From the NCBI GenBank assembly GCA_030637025.1, contig DAOVVV010000016.1, forward strand, positions 1-56,272: 56,272 nt of DNA, in the 5' to 3' direction. The position numbers were made by a program, and so were the translations under genes. Source of the stretch: Clostridia bacterium. GTDB lineage: Bacteria; CBDUZB01; JAGLHV01. Each line of letters begins with the position of its first letter. The stretch's first letter is position 1. Of this stretch, positions 38,904 through 48,484 are shown piece by piece. Under the pieces are notes generated by a model that was not told the DNA's origin, did no database searches, and saw nothing but the letters and a program-made list of their open reading frames with translations.

Positions 38904-39596
38904 TTAGGAAAATTTTTGAGTAGAATCAATTTTTATACCAGAGCCCATAGTAGAAGAAATACTAATACTTTTTAAATATTGCCCTTTAGCCGCAGATGGT
39001 TTCAATTTAATAATGGTTTTAATCAAAGCAATAATATTCTCACGGAGTTTCTGTTCAGGGAAAGAAACTTTACCGACTCCCGCATGAATAATCCCATAAC
39101 TATCTACCTTGAACTCTATTTTTCCCGCTTTAATTTCTTTTACGGCTTTACCTACATCCAAAGTTGCTGTACCTAATTTAGGACTGGGCATAAGTCCTCG
39201 CGGACCTAATATTTTCCCCAATTTACTTAAATCCTTCATCATATCAGGGGTAGATACAATTACATCAAAACCAAGCCATCCTCCGGATATTTTATCAATT
39301 AATTCCTTTTCCCCAACATAATCCGCACCAGAAGCTTCAGCTTCTTTTAATTTTTCTCCTTTAGCCAAAACCAAAACCTTTTTCGTTTTTCCCGTTCCAT
39401 GGGGAAGGACCACTGTCCCTTTTACGTTTTGATCGGTTTGTTTAGGATTTACTCCCAATTTTAAGGATATTTCCACTGTTTCATCAAATTTAGCCTTGGT
39501 CGTTTTCTTTATTAATTGACATGCTTCTTCCAAAAGATACATTTTCTCTTTTTCTACTAAACTTTCCTTTTCTTTACTCTTTTTATCTGGCTTCAT
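38904..39596 (-). CDS. rplA: 50S ribosomal protein L1
   Basis: KFDETVE, LPHGTGK, LGPRGLMPSPK, SSTMG. Confidence 0.98.
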   Translation of the reverse strand: MKPDKKSKEKESLVEKEKMYLLEEACQLIKKTTKAKFDETVEISLKLGVNPKQTDQNVKGTVVLPHGTGKTKKVLVLAKGEKLKEAEASGADYVGEKELIDKISGGWLGFDVIVSTPDMMKDLSKLGKILGPRGLMPSPKLGTATLDVGKAVKEIKAGKIEFKVDSYGIIHAGVGKVSFPEQKLRENIIALIKTIIKLKPSAAKGQYLKSISISSTMGSGIKIDSTQKFS

Positions 39597-39616
39597 TTGT
39601 TTCTCCCCAAAAAAAA

Positions 39617-40045
39617 TTAATTTTCAATTTGTATTCCCATACTTCTCGCTGTTCCTTCAATCATTTTTACTGCAGATTCTATTTTATCCGCATTTAAATC
39701 AGGCATTTTTTGCCTGGCAATTTCTTCTGCTTGCTGGTGAGAAATTTTACCAATTTTGTTTTTATTCGGTTCTCCGGAAGCTTTAGCCAAACCTGCAGCT
39801 TTTTTCAGTAAAGCTGCCACAGGAGGCACTTTAGTAATGAAAATAAAAGATCTGTCGTCATATACTGTGATTACCACAGGAATAAGCATTCCAGCTTCTT
39901 GATTTGCAGTACGACTATTAAATTGCTTACAAAAATCCATAATGTTTACGCCATGTTGACCTAAAGCCGGCCCAATAGGAGGAGCAGGATTTGCACTTCC
40001 CGCTGGTATTTGCAATTTTATTAGTGTTTTTACTTTTTTAGCCAT
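39617..40045 (-). CDS. rplK: 50S ribosomal protein L11
   Basis: [33 protein letters not shown]. Confidence 0.98.
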   Translation of the reverse strand: MAKKVKTLIKLQIPAGSANPAPPIGPALGQHGVNIMDFCKQFNSRTANQEAGMLIPVVITVYDDRSFIFITKVPPVAALLKKAAGLAKASGEPNKNKIGKISHQQAEEIARQKMPDLNADKIESAVKMIEGTARSMGIQIEN

Positions 40046-40118
40046 AACATTGCTCCTTATTTTTTATAATAAATTATAATTATATAATTCATAATTATTG
40101 TAGATAAAAAAATCTTAT

Positions 40119-40649
40119 TTAAATCTTTTCCACTTGTAGAAAATCCAATTCTACAGGTGTAATTCGACCAAAAATAGAAACCATTACTCTTAATTTCCCT
40201 TTTTCCTGATTTATCTCATGTACACACCCAACAAAATTGGTAAAAGGTCCTTCTATTATACGAACATTCTCATCTTTTTCAAAAAGTATAGCTGGTTTAG
40301 GCTTGGATTCAGCAGTAGAAGTAGTTAAACGAATAATGTTCTCTACTTCTTCTTTCGGTAAAGGAATTGGATTTAACCCTCCTAAAAAAGCTGTAACCCC
40401 CATTATATTCTTTGTTGTCCAATATGTATCATCGTCTATTACCATTTCAATCAAAATATACCCGGGAAAAAACTTCCTCTTTTTTATCTGTTTTTTATTC
40501 TTTTTTATTTCGATTACTTCTTCTGTCGGTATAAGTATTTCCCCTATTTTTTCTTCTAAATTTTTAATTTCAATCATTTTTTTTAAGCCTGTTTTTACTT
40601 TTTCTTCATGCCCTGTATATGTATGTATAATATACCATTTTTTTTCCAC
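40119..40649 (-). CDS. nusG: transcription termination/antitermination factor NusG
   Basis: WYIIHTYTGHE, FFPGYIL, KOW motif VRIIEGPF, VSIFGRITPVEL. Confidence 0.97.
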   Translation of the reverse strand: MEKKWYIIHTYTGHEEKVKTGLKKMIEIKNLEEKIGEILIPTEEVIEIKKNKKQIKKRKFFPGYILIEMVIDDDTYWTTKNIMGVTAFLGGLNPIPLPKEEVENIIRLTTSTAESKPKPAILFEKDENVRIIEGPFTNFVGCVHEINQEKGKLRVMVSIFGRITPVELDFLQVEKI

Positions 40650-40681
40650 ACTTTTCTCCTTATAATACCTACTAAACTGTT

Positions 40682-40870
40682 TTATTTAAATAATATTGCT
40701 AAAATTATTGACAGAAAAAAATCCATTGTGCCGACAAATATAGCCACTATAAATACTAAAATAATTACAACAATAGTAGAAGCTATCACTTCTTTTTTAT
40801 TAGGCCAGGTAACCTTCTTCATTTCCGCATTTACTTCTTTTAAAAACCGAGTAGCTTTAGTTAACAGCAT
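40682..40870 (-). CDS. secE: preprotein translocase subunit SecE
   Basis: FLKEVNAEMKKVTWP plus single TM; ATG at 40870 follows GGAG. Confidence 0.95.
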   Translation of the reverse strand: MLLTKATRFLKEVNAEMKKVTWPNKKEVIASTIVVIILVFIVAIFVGTMDFFLSIILAILFK

Positions 40871-40915
40871 CTTACTTCTCTCCATTAAAATTAATGACTT
40901 AAATCTTAAAGTGTT

Positions 40916-40944
40916 ATGATAAAAAGATTTTAATTACTTGTCAA
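40916..40944 (-). promoter_or_regulatory. sigma70 promoter TTGACA-17-TATCAT for secE-nusG-rplK-rplA
   Basis: + strand ATGATA 40916-40921, TGTCAA 40939-40944. Confidence 0.65.
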
Positions 40945-41009
40945 GGAAAAAATCTTGAAAGGGTAAATTTATGGTAAGATAAAAATCAACATCCCTTAAA
41001 AAAACAAAA

Positions 41010-41390
41010 CTAGTTAAAGATCAATTGCATTTTTTTTTCTATAACAGTCCGATAGTCATTTTTAGGATACTTTTCTAAAATACCTCTATAAACCTCTTTT
41101 GCTTCTTTATATCTGTTAGTGCTTTCGTAACTACGCCCCAACATATATTCCACATCTATAATTTTCTCTATTTTAGGATATTTATTTATTATTCGCTTAA
41201 AATATACAATCGCATTTTCATAATTGCGAACAAAAAAATAAGTATTCCCAACAAAATATAAACACCGGGGTGTCCACACCTCATGAGGGTGCTTATCTAA
41301 ATATACTAACAATTTCCCGGACTCAATAAAATTCTTCATCCAAACAAAGAATAAACATATAATTAATATAATAAGTAATACTTTTCTCAT
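41010..41390 (-). CDS. small membrane-anchored TPR protein
   Basis: N-terminal hydrophobic segment, two TPR motifs. Confidence 0.7.
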   Translation of the reverse strand: MRKVLLIILIICLFFVWMKNFIESGKLLVYLDKHPHEVWTPRCLYFVGNTYFFVRNYENAIVYFKRIINKYPKIEKIIDVEYMLGRSYESTNRYKEAKEVYRGILEKYPKNDYRTVIEKKMQLIFN

Positions 41391-41415
41391 TATTCCATTT
41401 TTTCTTGAGAAAAAA

Positions 41416-42606
41416 TTATTGCTGAATTTTTATCAAGTCTCCTATTTTAATAGGTTCCCTGCTATTTATGATTTGTGCAGTTGCATTATCCTCTTGAATA
41501 TCATGTTTTACTTCTAATACTCCTACTTTTCTCATTTGAACACCTAAAACTTTTTTTGTCCGGGGATGTTTTACTGTCTTACTTTTACGATAAATATTAA
41601 ATCGCATCCCACTAACCACTCCTTTATCTCTGCCACAATCAATAAAAACATCATCAGTGTATGCAGACAATAACATTTTTCGTTCCTTAGAACGAATAAT
41701 AATTCCGTCGTATTCCCAATCTAAAGGAGCAAGAAAAGTATCTTCTTTATCTTCATATTGTTCCGCTGCTGCTGTTTCTGCTACTTGTTCTTCCACTTCT
41801 TCTATTTCTTCTTCTCCTTCAATAGGAGAAGGTAAAGTAGATACTTCTTCTCTTAAAACCTCTTCTTCTTTTTCGGGTAAATCACTCTCTTTGCTTATAA
41901 CCGCTTGTACAGAAGGTTCTTCTGTAATCATTGTTTCAGGCAATTTTAATTGTTTTACGATTTTTTCTGTCACTCCGGGAATTACCAATTCATTTCCTTG
42001 ATAAATTAAGTCGGGATTTTGTATGTACGAATTTGCTTCCCATATTCTCCTCCATTGCCAAGGATTGTTATAAAAATGATCAGCTATATTCCAAAGGCAA
42101 TCCCTATCAAAACTCCAGGTACGAACAGTATATCTTTTTTCTTCTCCTCCATCTGTTTCTACTATTCCTTCCGGTTCCAGAAAAAACTTTTCTTCTGTTT
42201 TTTTCTGTACAGAAACTTCTTCATCTTCCGTTGCAGCTGCATCTTTTTCCTCTTTGCCTTCTTCTATTGTTGAAGCTGCTTCATCTTCATCTTCCTCATC
42301 ATCTTCTATCGTTGCAGCTTCTTCTTCTTCTTCCTCATCTTCTATTGTTACAGCCTCTTCCTCTACTTCTTTAAATGGCTGCAATGATTCTTCTGCTATA
42401 GAATCTATTTCTTCTTTTTCAGTTTTTTCAGACTCAGTTTCTTCCGGAAGAACTTCATCCTCTACTTCATAAAAAATATCCTCTTCTTCTTCCATAATAG
42501 CATCAAAATCATCTCCCTCTTCTTGTGCGTAAAGACTAAACCCACAAGAAACAAAAAGAAAAAAGGAAATAAAAACAAAACATCTCATCCAATTTTTTTT
42601 ATTCAT
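41416..42606 (-). CDS. exported LysM protein with acidic low-complexity N-region and FlgT-C-like C-terminus
   Basis: YTV...DCLWNIA..FY.NPWQWRRIWEAN..IQNPDLIY.G (LysM); C-terminal VFIDCG...F.IYR....HPRT..VLG. Confidence 0.82.
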   Translation of the reverse strand: MNKKNWMRCFVFISFFLFVSCGFSLYAQEEGDDFDAIMEEEEDIFYEVEDEVLPEETESEKTEKEEIDSIAEESLQPFKEVEEEAVTIEDEEEEEEAATIEDDEEDEDEAASTIEEGKEEKDAAATEDEEVSVQKKTEEKFFLEPEGIVETDGGEEKRYTVRTWSFDRDCLWNIADHFYNNPWQWRRIWEANSYIQNPDLIYQGNELVIPGVTEKIVKQLKLPETMITEEPSVQAVISKESDLPEKEEEVLREEVSTLPSPIEGEEEIEEVEEQVAETAAAEQYEDKEDTFLAPLDWEYDGIIIRSKERKMLLSAYTDDVFIDCGRDKGVVSGMRFNIYRKSKTVKHPRTKKVLGVQMRKVGVLEVKHDIQEDNATAQIINSREPIKIGDLIKIQQ

Positions 42607-42841
42607 AAATCATTCCCTCTCTTTTGAATAAACAAACTTTTTATTAAATGTTTTTCTGTACCTGCTTATAAAACCTAATACTAACCAATTTATATCACAT
42701 TATCTTCTACTTGTCAACTGAAAAATTTAACAAATATAACAAACACCGCTTTATTTGTTCCGTTATGAATATTTAAAAAACATACAAACCAATTTTTAAA
42801 ATTCAATAAATTTTTAAGTAATGAATCATTTTTTTCTTAAA

Positions 42842-43867
42842 TTATTTTTTTACGAATATATTCTTTTCGGTAAAATTAATTATTTGATTCATCATTTTTA
42901 CTGTTTCAAATGGATACCGACCCGAAGCTGTTTCCGCCGAAAGCATTACAAAATCACTACCGTCTAAAATCGCATTAGCAACATCAGTAACCTCTGCCCG
43001 TGTTGGCCATGGATTATCTACCATATTTTCCAGCATCTGAGTAGCTGTAATTACAATTTTTTTTCTCTCATTACATTTTTTGATAATATTTTTTTGAATA
43101 ACAGGAATCTTATATATAGGTACACTAATTCCCAGGTCACCCCGGGCAATCATTATTCCATCCGACACATCAATTATTTCATCTATATTACAAAGCCCCT
43201 CTCTATTTTCTATTTTGGCAATAATTAAACACTTGGGCAATTTAGACTTAATTAAACTTTTTATTTTCAAAATATCTTTTTTATTCCTTACAAAAGACTG
43301 TGAAATGTAATCAACCTTATTATTTATTCCAAAATAAATATCTTCCTGATCTTTTTTTGTAACATCTTCAAACTTTAAATGAGAACCGGGAATATTTATC
43401 CCTTTATTTTCTTTTAAGTATCCCCCATTAACAACTTCTGTTTTAATTGTTTTTTTTTCTATTTTTTTTATTTTAAATATCAATCTTCCATCATCAATAT
43501 ATATATATTCTGCGCCCCTTATATCTTTCAAATTTCCTTTGTAATCAAAAGGGATAAGTTTGTCCCGGCCAACAATATGTTCAAGGGTAAAATAAATAAT
43601 CTCTCGTTTTTTAAGTTTTAAAGGCGTATGATTTTTTAATTTACCAACTCTTATTCGATGTCCCTCCAGATCCTGAAGTATTCGTATATGTCTTCTGTAC
43701 TTTTTATTTATTTTACGCACTAAATTTATTAAGTTCTGATGCGTAGAATAATTTCCGTGAGAAAAATTAAGTCGTGCAACATCCATACCGGCAATAATCA
43801 TTTTTCTAATTACAGTTTCTGTACTACTGGCCGGGCCTAAAGTTGATATAATTTTAGTCTTAACCAT
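42842..43867 (-). CDS. pyk: pyruvate kinase (short; no C-terminal domain)
   Basis: TKIISTLGPAS, ARLNFSHG, AKIEN, MIARGDLG, ATQMLENM, PTRAEVTDVANAILDG. Confidence 0.95.
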   Translation of the reverse strand: MVKTKIISTLGPASSTETVIRKMIIAGMDVARLNFSHGNYSTHQNLINLVRKINKKYRRHIRILQDLEGHRIRVGKLKNHTPLKLKKREIIYFTLEHIVGRDKLIPFDYKGNLKDIRGAEYIYIDDGRLIFKIKKIEKKTIKTEVVNGGYLKENKGINIPGSHLKFEDVTKKDQEDIYFGINNKVDYISQSFVRNKKDILKIKSLIKSKLPKCLIIAKIENREGLCNIDEIIDVSDGIMIARGDLGISVPIYKIPVIQKNIIKKCNERKKIVITATQMLENMVDNPWPTRAEVTDVANAILDGSDFVMLSAETASGRYPFETVKMMNQIINFTEKNIFVKK

Positions 43868-43921
43868 AGTCGTTCTCCTCTTACTTACAATTTCAAAAAC
43901 AAATGTTATTAATAAACAACC

Positions 43922-44953
43922 TCATTTAATATTTTTATTTGTAACTTTCTGCAAGCGATTCATAATCACCAAACCAATATCTTTTCGTTTAATCCCTTGA
44001 GCAATAACAATATCTATCTTCTCTTTATCAAAACTTCTTAACGTAGAAAAAAGATTTAAAGCACAAGTTTTTAAATCCTTTTCCGGACCCATCACTTTAA
44101 CTAAACAATTATTAAATTCATTTTTATTTTCCTCGGTAACGATAACTCCTATTTTTTTTTCGGATTTTATTAATTTTAATACTAATTTTTGCATTTTATT
44201 AATCTGCCCTTTTGTTTTTTCTACGACTATTATTTTTGCAGAGGGGGAAAAAGACATGTTTGTCCGGTATTTATTTTTTTTCGTGCTGTCAGCTATTTTT
44301 ATTTTTCCTAAAATTTTTTTTAAATCTCTTTCCAGAACACCCCCCGGTCGTAAAATTTTGAAAGGTTTAACAGTTAAATCCAGCACAGTTGATTCCATCC
44401 CTAAGTTTGTCTTTCCTCCATCAATAATAATATCTACACTGCCGTCTAAGTCGTCTATTACATGTTGTGCACAGGTTGGTGAATGTCCTCCAAAAAGATT
44501 AGCACTGGGAGCAGCAATGGGAGTTTGTGCATATTTTATTAAATTCAAAGCAATTAAATTATCAGGCATTCTCACGGCTACAGTATTTAACCCCCCTGTT
44601 ACAATTTGCGGAATTATCCGGGATTTATGTAAAACCAAAGTCAACGGCCCCGGCCAAAATTTATCAATCAATTCTTCTGTTTCCCGGGGAACTTTATCTG
44701 TCAGATCAAAAAGATGTTCTTTGCCGTCAACATGGAGGATCAAAGGAACATTTGCCGGCCTCTTCTTGACTAAAAATATCCTGGCACATGCTTTCGCATT
44801 CAAACCATCAGCACCTAACCCATAAACAGTTTCGGTAGGAAAGGCAACTACCCCCCCTTGTTTAATTACACTGGCTGCTTTTCTAATTTTGGTTAGTTGA
44901 GGAATTTTAGAATTTATTTGAAAAACAATAGTTTCTTTAAGTTTTTTCCCCAT
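43922..44953 (-). CDS. tsaC: L-threonylcarbamoyladenylate synthase (Sua5 type)
   Basis: FPTETVYGLGA, FWPGPLT, AAPSAN, ILRPG, C-terminal SUA5 domain ending MNRL. Confidence 0.93.
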   Translation of the reverse strand: MGKKLKETIVFQINSKIPQLTKIRKAASVIKQGGVVAFPTETVYGLGADGLNAKACARIFLVKKRPANVPLILHVDGKEHLFDLTDKVPRETEELIDKFWPGPLTLVLHKSRIIPQIVTGGLNTVAVRMPDNLIALNLIKYAQTPIAAPSANLFGGHSPTCAQHVIDDLDGSVDIIIDGGKTNLGMESTVLDLTVKPFKILRPGGVLERDLKKILGKIKIADSTKKNKYRTNMSFSPSAKIIVVEKTKGQINKMQKLVLKLIKSEKKIGVIVTEENKNEFNNCLVKVMGPEKDLKTCALNLFSTLRSFDKEKIDIVIAQGIKRKDIGLVIMNRLQKVTNKNIK

Positions 44954-46573
44954 TTAAAACCTACTTATCCGGTGACCTTCGTTTATAGAAAATTCAATAT
45001 GTTTTTTTGACCATTTCATATCATTTTCACAGGGATAATCTTTGCGGTAATGTCCTCCCCGGCTTTCTTTTCTAATCAATGCCGCCTGTTGAATAATTTT
45101 TGCAATCGTTAGCATATTCTGTAATTCCCACCCTTCAGGATTTGAAAAAAGTCTTTTTACTACATATGAAGACCAAAAATTTATTTCTCTCTGTGCTTCC
45201 ATGAGCGTTTCTTTGTCTCTTTCAATGCCGATATATCTGGTCATTAAACTTTTTATCGATTTCCTTATGTCTTCGCTGTCCAATCCTTCTACTTTTTTAC
45301 TCTTAAATTTGTTGGCTATTCTAACTAAGCTTTTTCTCTTTCCTATGTTTTCAGCGGCATGAATTCCCGCCCTACACCCAAAAACCAACCCATCCAATAA
45401 AGAATTACTGGCTAATCTATTAGCTCCATGCAAACCCAAACAGGCAGTTTCTCCACAGGCATACAAATTAATTATTCCTGTTTCTCCATTCATATTAGTT
45501 TTAATTCCACCAATCATATAGTGTGCAGTAGGACAAACAGGTATAAAATGTTTTTTTATGTCTATACCAAAAAGAGAACAAACTTTTGTTATATAAGGAA
45601 AACGATTTTTTAAAAATTCAACATTTAAATGGGTAAGATCTAAATATACATAAGCACTTTTAGTCTCTCTCATTTCATTAAAAATTGCCCTTGCCACCAC
45701 ATCCCGGGACGCAAGTTCTTTTTCTTTATGATATTTTTTCATAAACTTCATTCCGAATTTATTACGCAAAACTCCGCCTTCACCTCGAGCTGCTTCTGAA
45801 ATTAAAACACGTGATGCTCCTGCGATATAGAGTGTAGTCGGATGGAATTGGATGAATTCCATATCGATTATTGTTGCCCCTGCTCTATAAGCAAGTGCCA
45901 CTCCACACCCTGTAGCAATAATAGAATTGGTCGTTTCCCGGTAAAGTTGTCCAATACCTCCTGTAGCTAATATTGTTTTTTGAGCATAAACAACTTTCCG
46001 TCCCTCTCCTTTTATTTCGATAATAGCTCCAAAACAAATTCCTTCCCGGTGCAGTAAATCTATGGCAAAAGCACACTCCAAAACCCTGATATTTTTGTTT
46101 TGTTTAGCTTTAAGAATTAATACCCTTTCCAATTCTTCACCTGTAGCATCACCTCTTGAATGAAGAATCCTTCGTCTGCAATGACCCGCTTCCCGGGTAA
46201 ATAAAAGTTTTCCTTTTTCTTTATCAAAGTTTATGCCCCATTTAAGTAGTTCTTCAATTCGTGCAGGCCCTTCTTCTACTAAAACCTTAACGGCTTCTAT
46301 GTTACATAGATTTTTTCCTGCTCTTAAGGTATCTTTCTGATGTTTTTTTAACGAATCAGTTGCTGAAAAAACCACAGCTATTCCACCTTGAGCATATTGT
46401 GTATTATTTTCATTGAGTTTGTTTTTGGTTATTATAATAACTTTTCCATATTTTGCACTTTCAATTGCTGCACGAAGCCCGGCAACACCACTCCCAATAA
46501 TCAAAATATCCGTGTGCAAACACGGAATTTTATCTGTATCAAAAGAAATTAAAAATTTCCTGGTTCTATCCAA
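44954..46573 (-). CDS. nadB: L-aspartate oxidase
   Basis: IGSGVAGL, YAQGGIA, QFHPT, ISEAARGEG, GLHGANRLASNSLL, ESRGGH. Confidence 0.95.
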   Translation of the reverse strand: MDRTRKFLISFDTDKIPCLHTDILIIGSGVAGLRAAIESAKYGKVIIITKNKLNENNTQYAQGGIAVVFSATDSLKKHQKDTLRAGKNLCNIEAVKVLVEEGPARIEELLKWGINFDKEKGKLLFTREAGHCRRRILHSRGDATGEELERVLILKAKQNKNIRVLECAFAIDLLHREGICFGAIIEIKGEGRKVVYAQKTILATGGIGQLYRETTNSIIATGCGVALAYRAGATIIDMEFIQFHPTTLYIAGASRVLISEAARGEGGVLRNKFGMKFMKKYHKEKELASRDVVARAIFNEMRETKSAYVYLDLTHLNVEFLKNRFPYITKVCSLFGIDIKKHFIPVCPTAHYMIGGIKTNMNGETGIINLYACGETACLGLHGANRLASNSLLDGLVFGCRAGIHAAENIGKRKSLVRIANKFKSKKVEGLDSEDIRKSIKSLMTRYIGIERDKETLMEAQREINFWSSYVVKRLFSNPEGWELQNMLTIAKIIQQAALIRKESRGGHYRKDYPCENDMKWSKKHIEFSINEGHRISRF

Positions 46574-46621
46574 TTTTTTATCCCTTTTTATTATTTAATA
46601 CTAAGCACTCTCTCTTTTACG

Positions 46622-47455
46622 CTAATTCGGAAAAAAATTTATCAGTAAATTACTTAGTTTAGCAAATTGTTCTATACTTAACCGTTCTCCCCGGATGTCG
46701 GAAGAAATATTTAACCCGGATAATATTGCACATAATATTTCTTTTTTCAAGTTTAAACCGGGGAATTTCATCAAATTATTTATTAAAGTTTTTCTTCGTT
46801 CAGAAAAAGCTGTCTTAACCAGAGCAAAGAAAAAATCTTCACTTTTCACATTGACCAGGGGGGTTTTTCTCAAAACCAATTTTATTATTGCAGAAGTAAC
46901 TTTGGGTTGAGGAAAAAAAACTTCAGGTGATACATGCCCGATTAATTTCACCTCACAATAATAATTAACAATTATACTTATCCGACTATAATCTTTATTA
47001 CCCGGAGAAGCAATAATTCTTTGGGCTACTTCCTTCTGCATCATTAATAATGCTTCTGTCCACACCCTTTGTTTTAAAAGTTTCATTATAATGGGAGTAG
47101 TAATATAATAAGGAAGGTTAGCAATTATTTTAAATTTCAACAATTTTTCATTGTTTATTGCTTCCAGGTCACATTTTAAAAAATCTGCCTGAATAATTTT
47201 TATTTTGTCACTCAGCGGTAAATATTTTTCAAGGTATAAACATAAATTTTTATCTATTTCAATAACAAATACTTTGCCGGCTTTTTTTATTATCTGGGCA
47301 GTAAGAATACCTTTGCCTGCCCCTATTTCTAAAACTAAATCTTGCTCAGTAATATTTGCTTCTTTTAATATTTTTTGAACAATATTTTTATCTGTTAAAA
47401 AATTTTGTCCCCATTTTTTCTGAGGCTTAAATTTAAATAATATATTTTCTTTCAT
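46622..47455 (-). CDS. rsmA: 16S rRNA m6,2A dimethyltransferase KsgA
   Basis: GQNFL, LEIGAGKG, ANLPYYIT, MQKEVAQR, RRKTL. Confidence 0.96.
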   Translation of the reverse strand: MKENILFKFKPQKKWGQNFLTDKNIVQKILKEANITEQDLVLEIGAGKGILTAQIIKKAGKVFVIEIDKNLCLYLEKYLPLSDKIKIIQADFLKCDLEAINNEKLLKFKIIANLPYYITTPIIMKLLKQRVWTEALLMMQKEVAQRIIASPGNKDYSRISIIVNYYCEVKLIGHVSPEVFFPQPKVTSAIIKLVLRKTPLVNVKSEDFFFALVKTAFSERRKTLINNLMKFPGLNLKKEILCAILSGLNISSDIRGERLSIEQFAKLSNLLINFFPN

Positions 47456-47468
47456 TTTTGTTTATTAC

Positions 47469-48458
47469 TTATATTGCTAACTTGGCAGCCAGGTATATTG
47501 CTTCCACCAAACCGGATGGGTTCGCAATGTTTTTTCCTGCAATATCAAAAGCAGTACCATGCCCCGGAGAAGTACGGACAAAAGGCAGCCCAAGGGTAAC
47601 GTTTACGCAGAAAGAAAAATCTAATAATTTTACCGGTATTAATCCCTGGTCATGATACATAGCAATAACTATGTCAAATTTACCCTTGTTTGCATAATAA
47701 AAAACCGTATCGGCCGAATAAGGGCCGAAAACTTTTATTCCTAATTGCCGGGCTTTTTGACAGGCAGGAATAATACTATCTTTTTCTTCTTTTCCAAATA
47801 AGCCGCTTTCTCCTGCATGAGGATTTAATCCACAAACTACCAAACGCGGTTGTTTTACTTTTAACTTTTTTAAAATTTCGTAAGCTAATTTTATTTTATC
47901 TAAAACAATTTTTTTATTAATTTTTAAAGGAACTTCTTTAAGTGCAAGATGGGTTGTAACTAAAATCACCTTTAATTTTTTTCCCACAAACATCATTGCA
48001 TATGTTTTACTTGAAGTTTTTTGGGCAAACAATTCCGTGTGGCCGGCAAAAAAAAATCCTGCTTTATGCATTGCCTCTTTACATAGCGGAGCAGTAACTA
48101 TTCCCTGTATCTGTTTTCCTAAAGCAAGTTTTATCCCTTCTTTTACATATTCTACCGATGCCCTCCCGCACATTTTTTGAATTTTTCCTATTTTTAAACG
48201 ATTTAAATGAATATTCTGCTTGTCTATTATGTTAATCACTCCAGGTTTAAATTGTAGCGCTTTGCAATCAGCAATTAAATTAATTTTTTTTTTCACCTTA
48301 TATTTTTTTATATAAAACTCCATAACCCGGGCATCACCTATTACTATTGGAAAACAATATTTATAGATTTTAGCCGTAGATAACGCTTTAATAATAATTT
48401 CCGGACCTATACCTGCAGCATCACCCATAGTTATTCCAATAATCGGTCTTTTCATCAT
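47469..48458 (-). CDS. pdxA: 4-hydroxythreonine-4-phosphate dehydrogenase
   Basis: MGDAAGIGPE, GHTE, GLNPHAGE, AMYHDQGL, RTSPGHGTAFDIAG. Confidence 0.95.
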   Translation of the reverse strand: MMKRPIIGITMGDAAGIGPEIIIKALSTAKIYKYCFPIVIGDARVMEFYIKKYKVKKKINLIADCKALQFKPGVINIIDKQNIHLNRLKIGKIQKMCGRASVEYVKEGIKLALGKQIQGIVTAPLCKEAMHKAGFFFAGHTELFAQKTSSKTYAMMFVGKKLKVILVTTHLALKEVPLKINKKIVLDKIKLAYEILKKLKVKQPRLVVCGLNPHAGESGLFGKEEKDSIIPACQKARQLGIKVFGPYSADTVFYYANKGKFDIVIAMYHDQGLIPVKLLDFSFCVNVTLGLPFVRTSPGHGTAFDIAGKNIANPSGLVEAIYLAAKLAI

Positions 48459-48484
48459 TTTATTAAATCCTTGAGATTTAAAAA

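Noticed and set aside
38369-40118. S2 or L1 autoregulatory leader RNAs before rpsB and rplK
   Set aside because: Intergenic stretches are very AT-rich and I cannot see the conserved stems or motifs
38542-46076. Alternative-frame minus-strand ORFs 38542-38754 and 45885-46076
   Set aside because: Fully nested in better-supported genes, with no RBS or motif support
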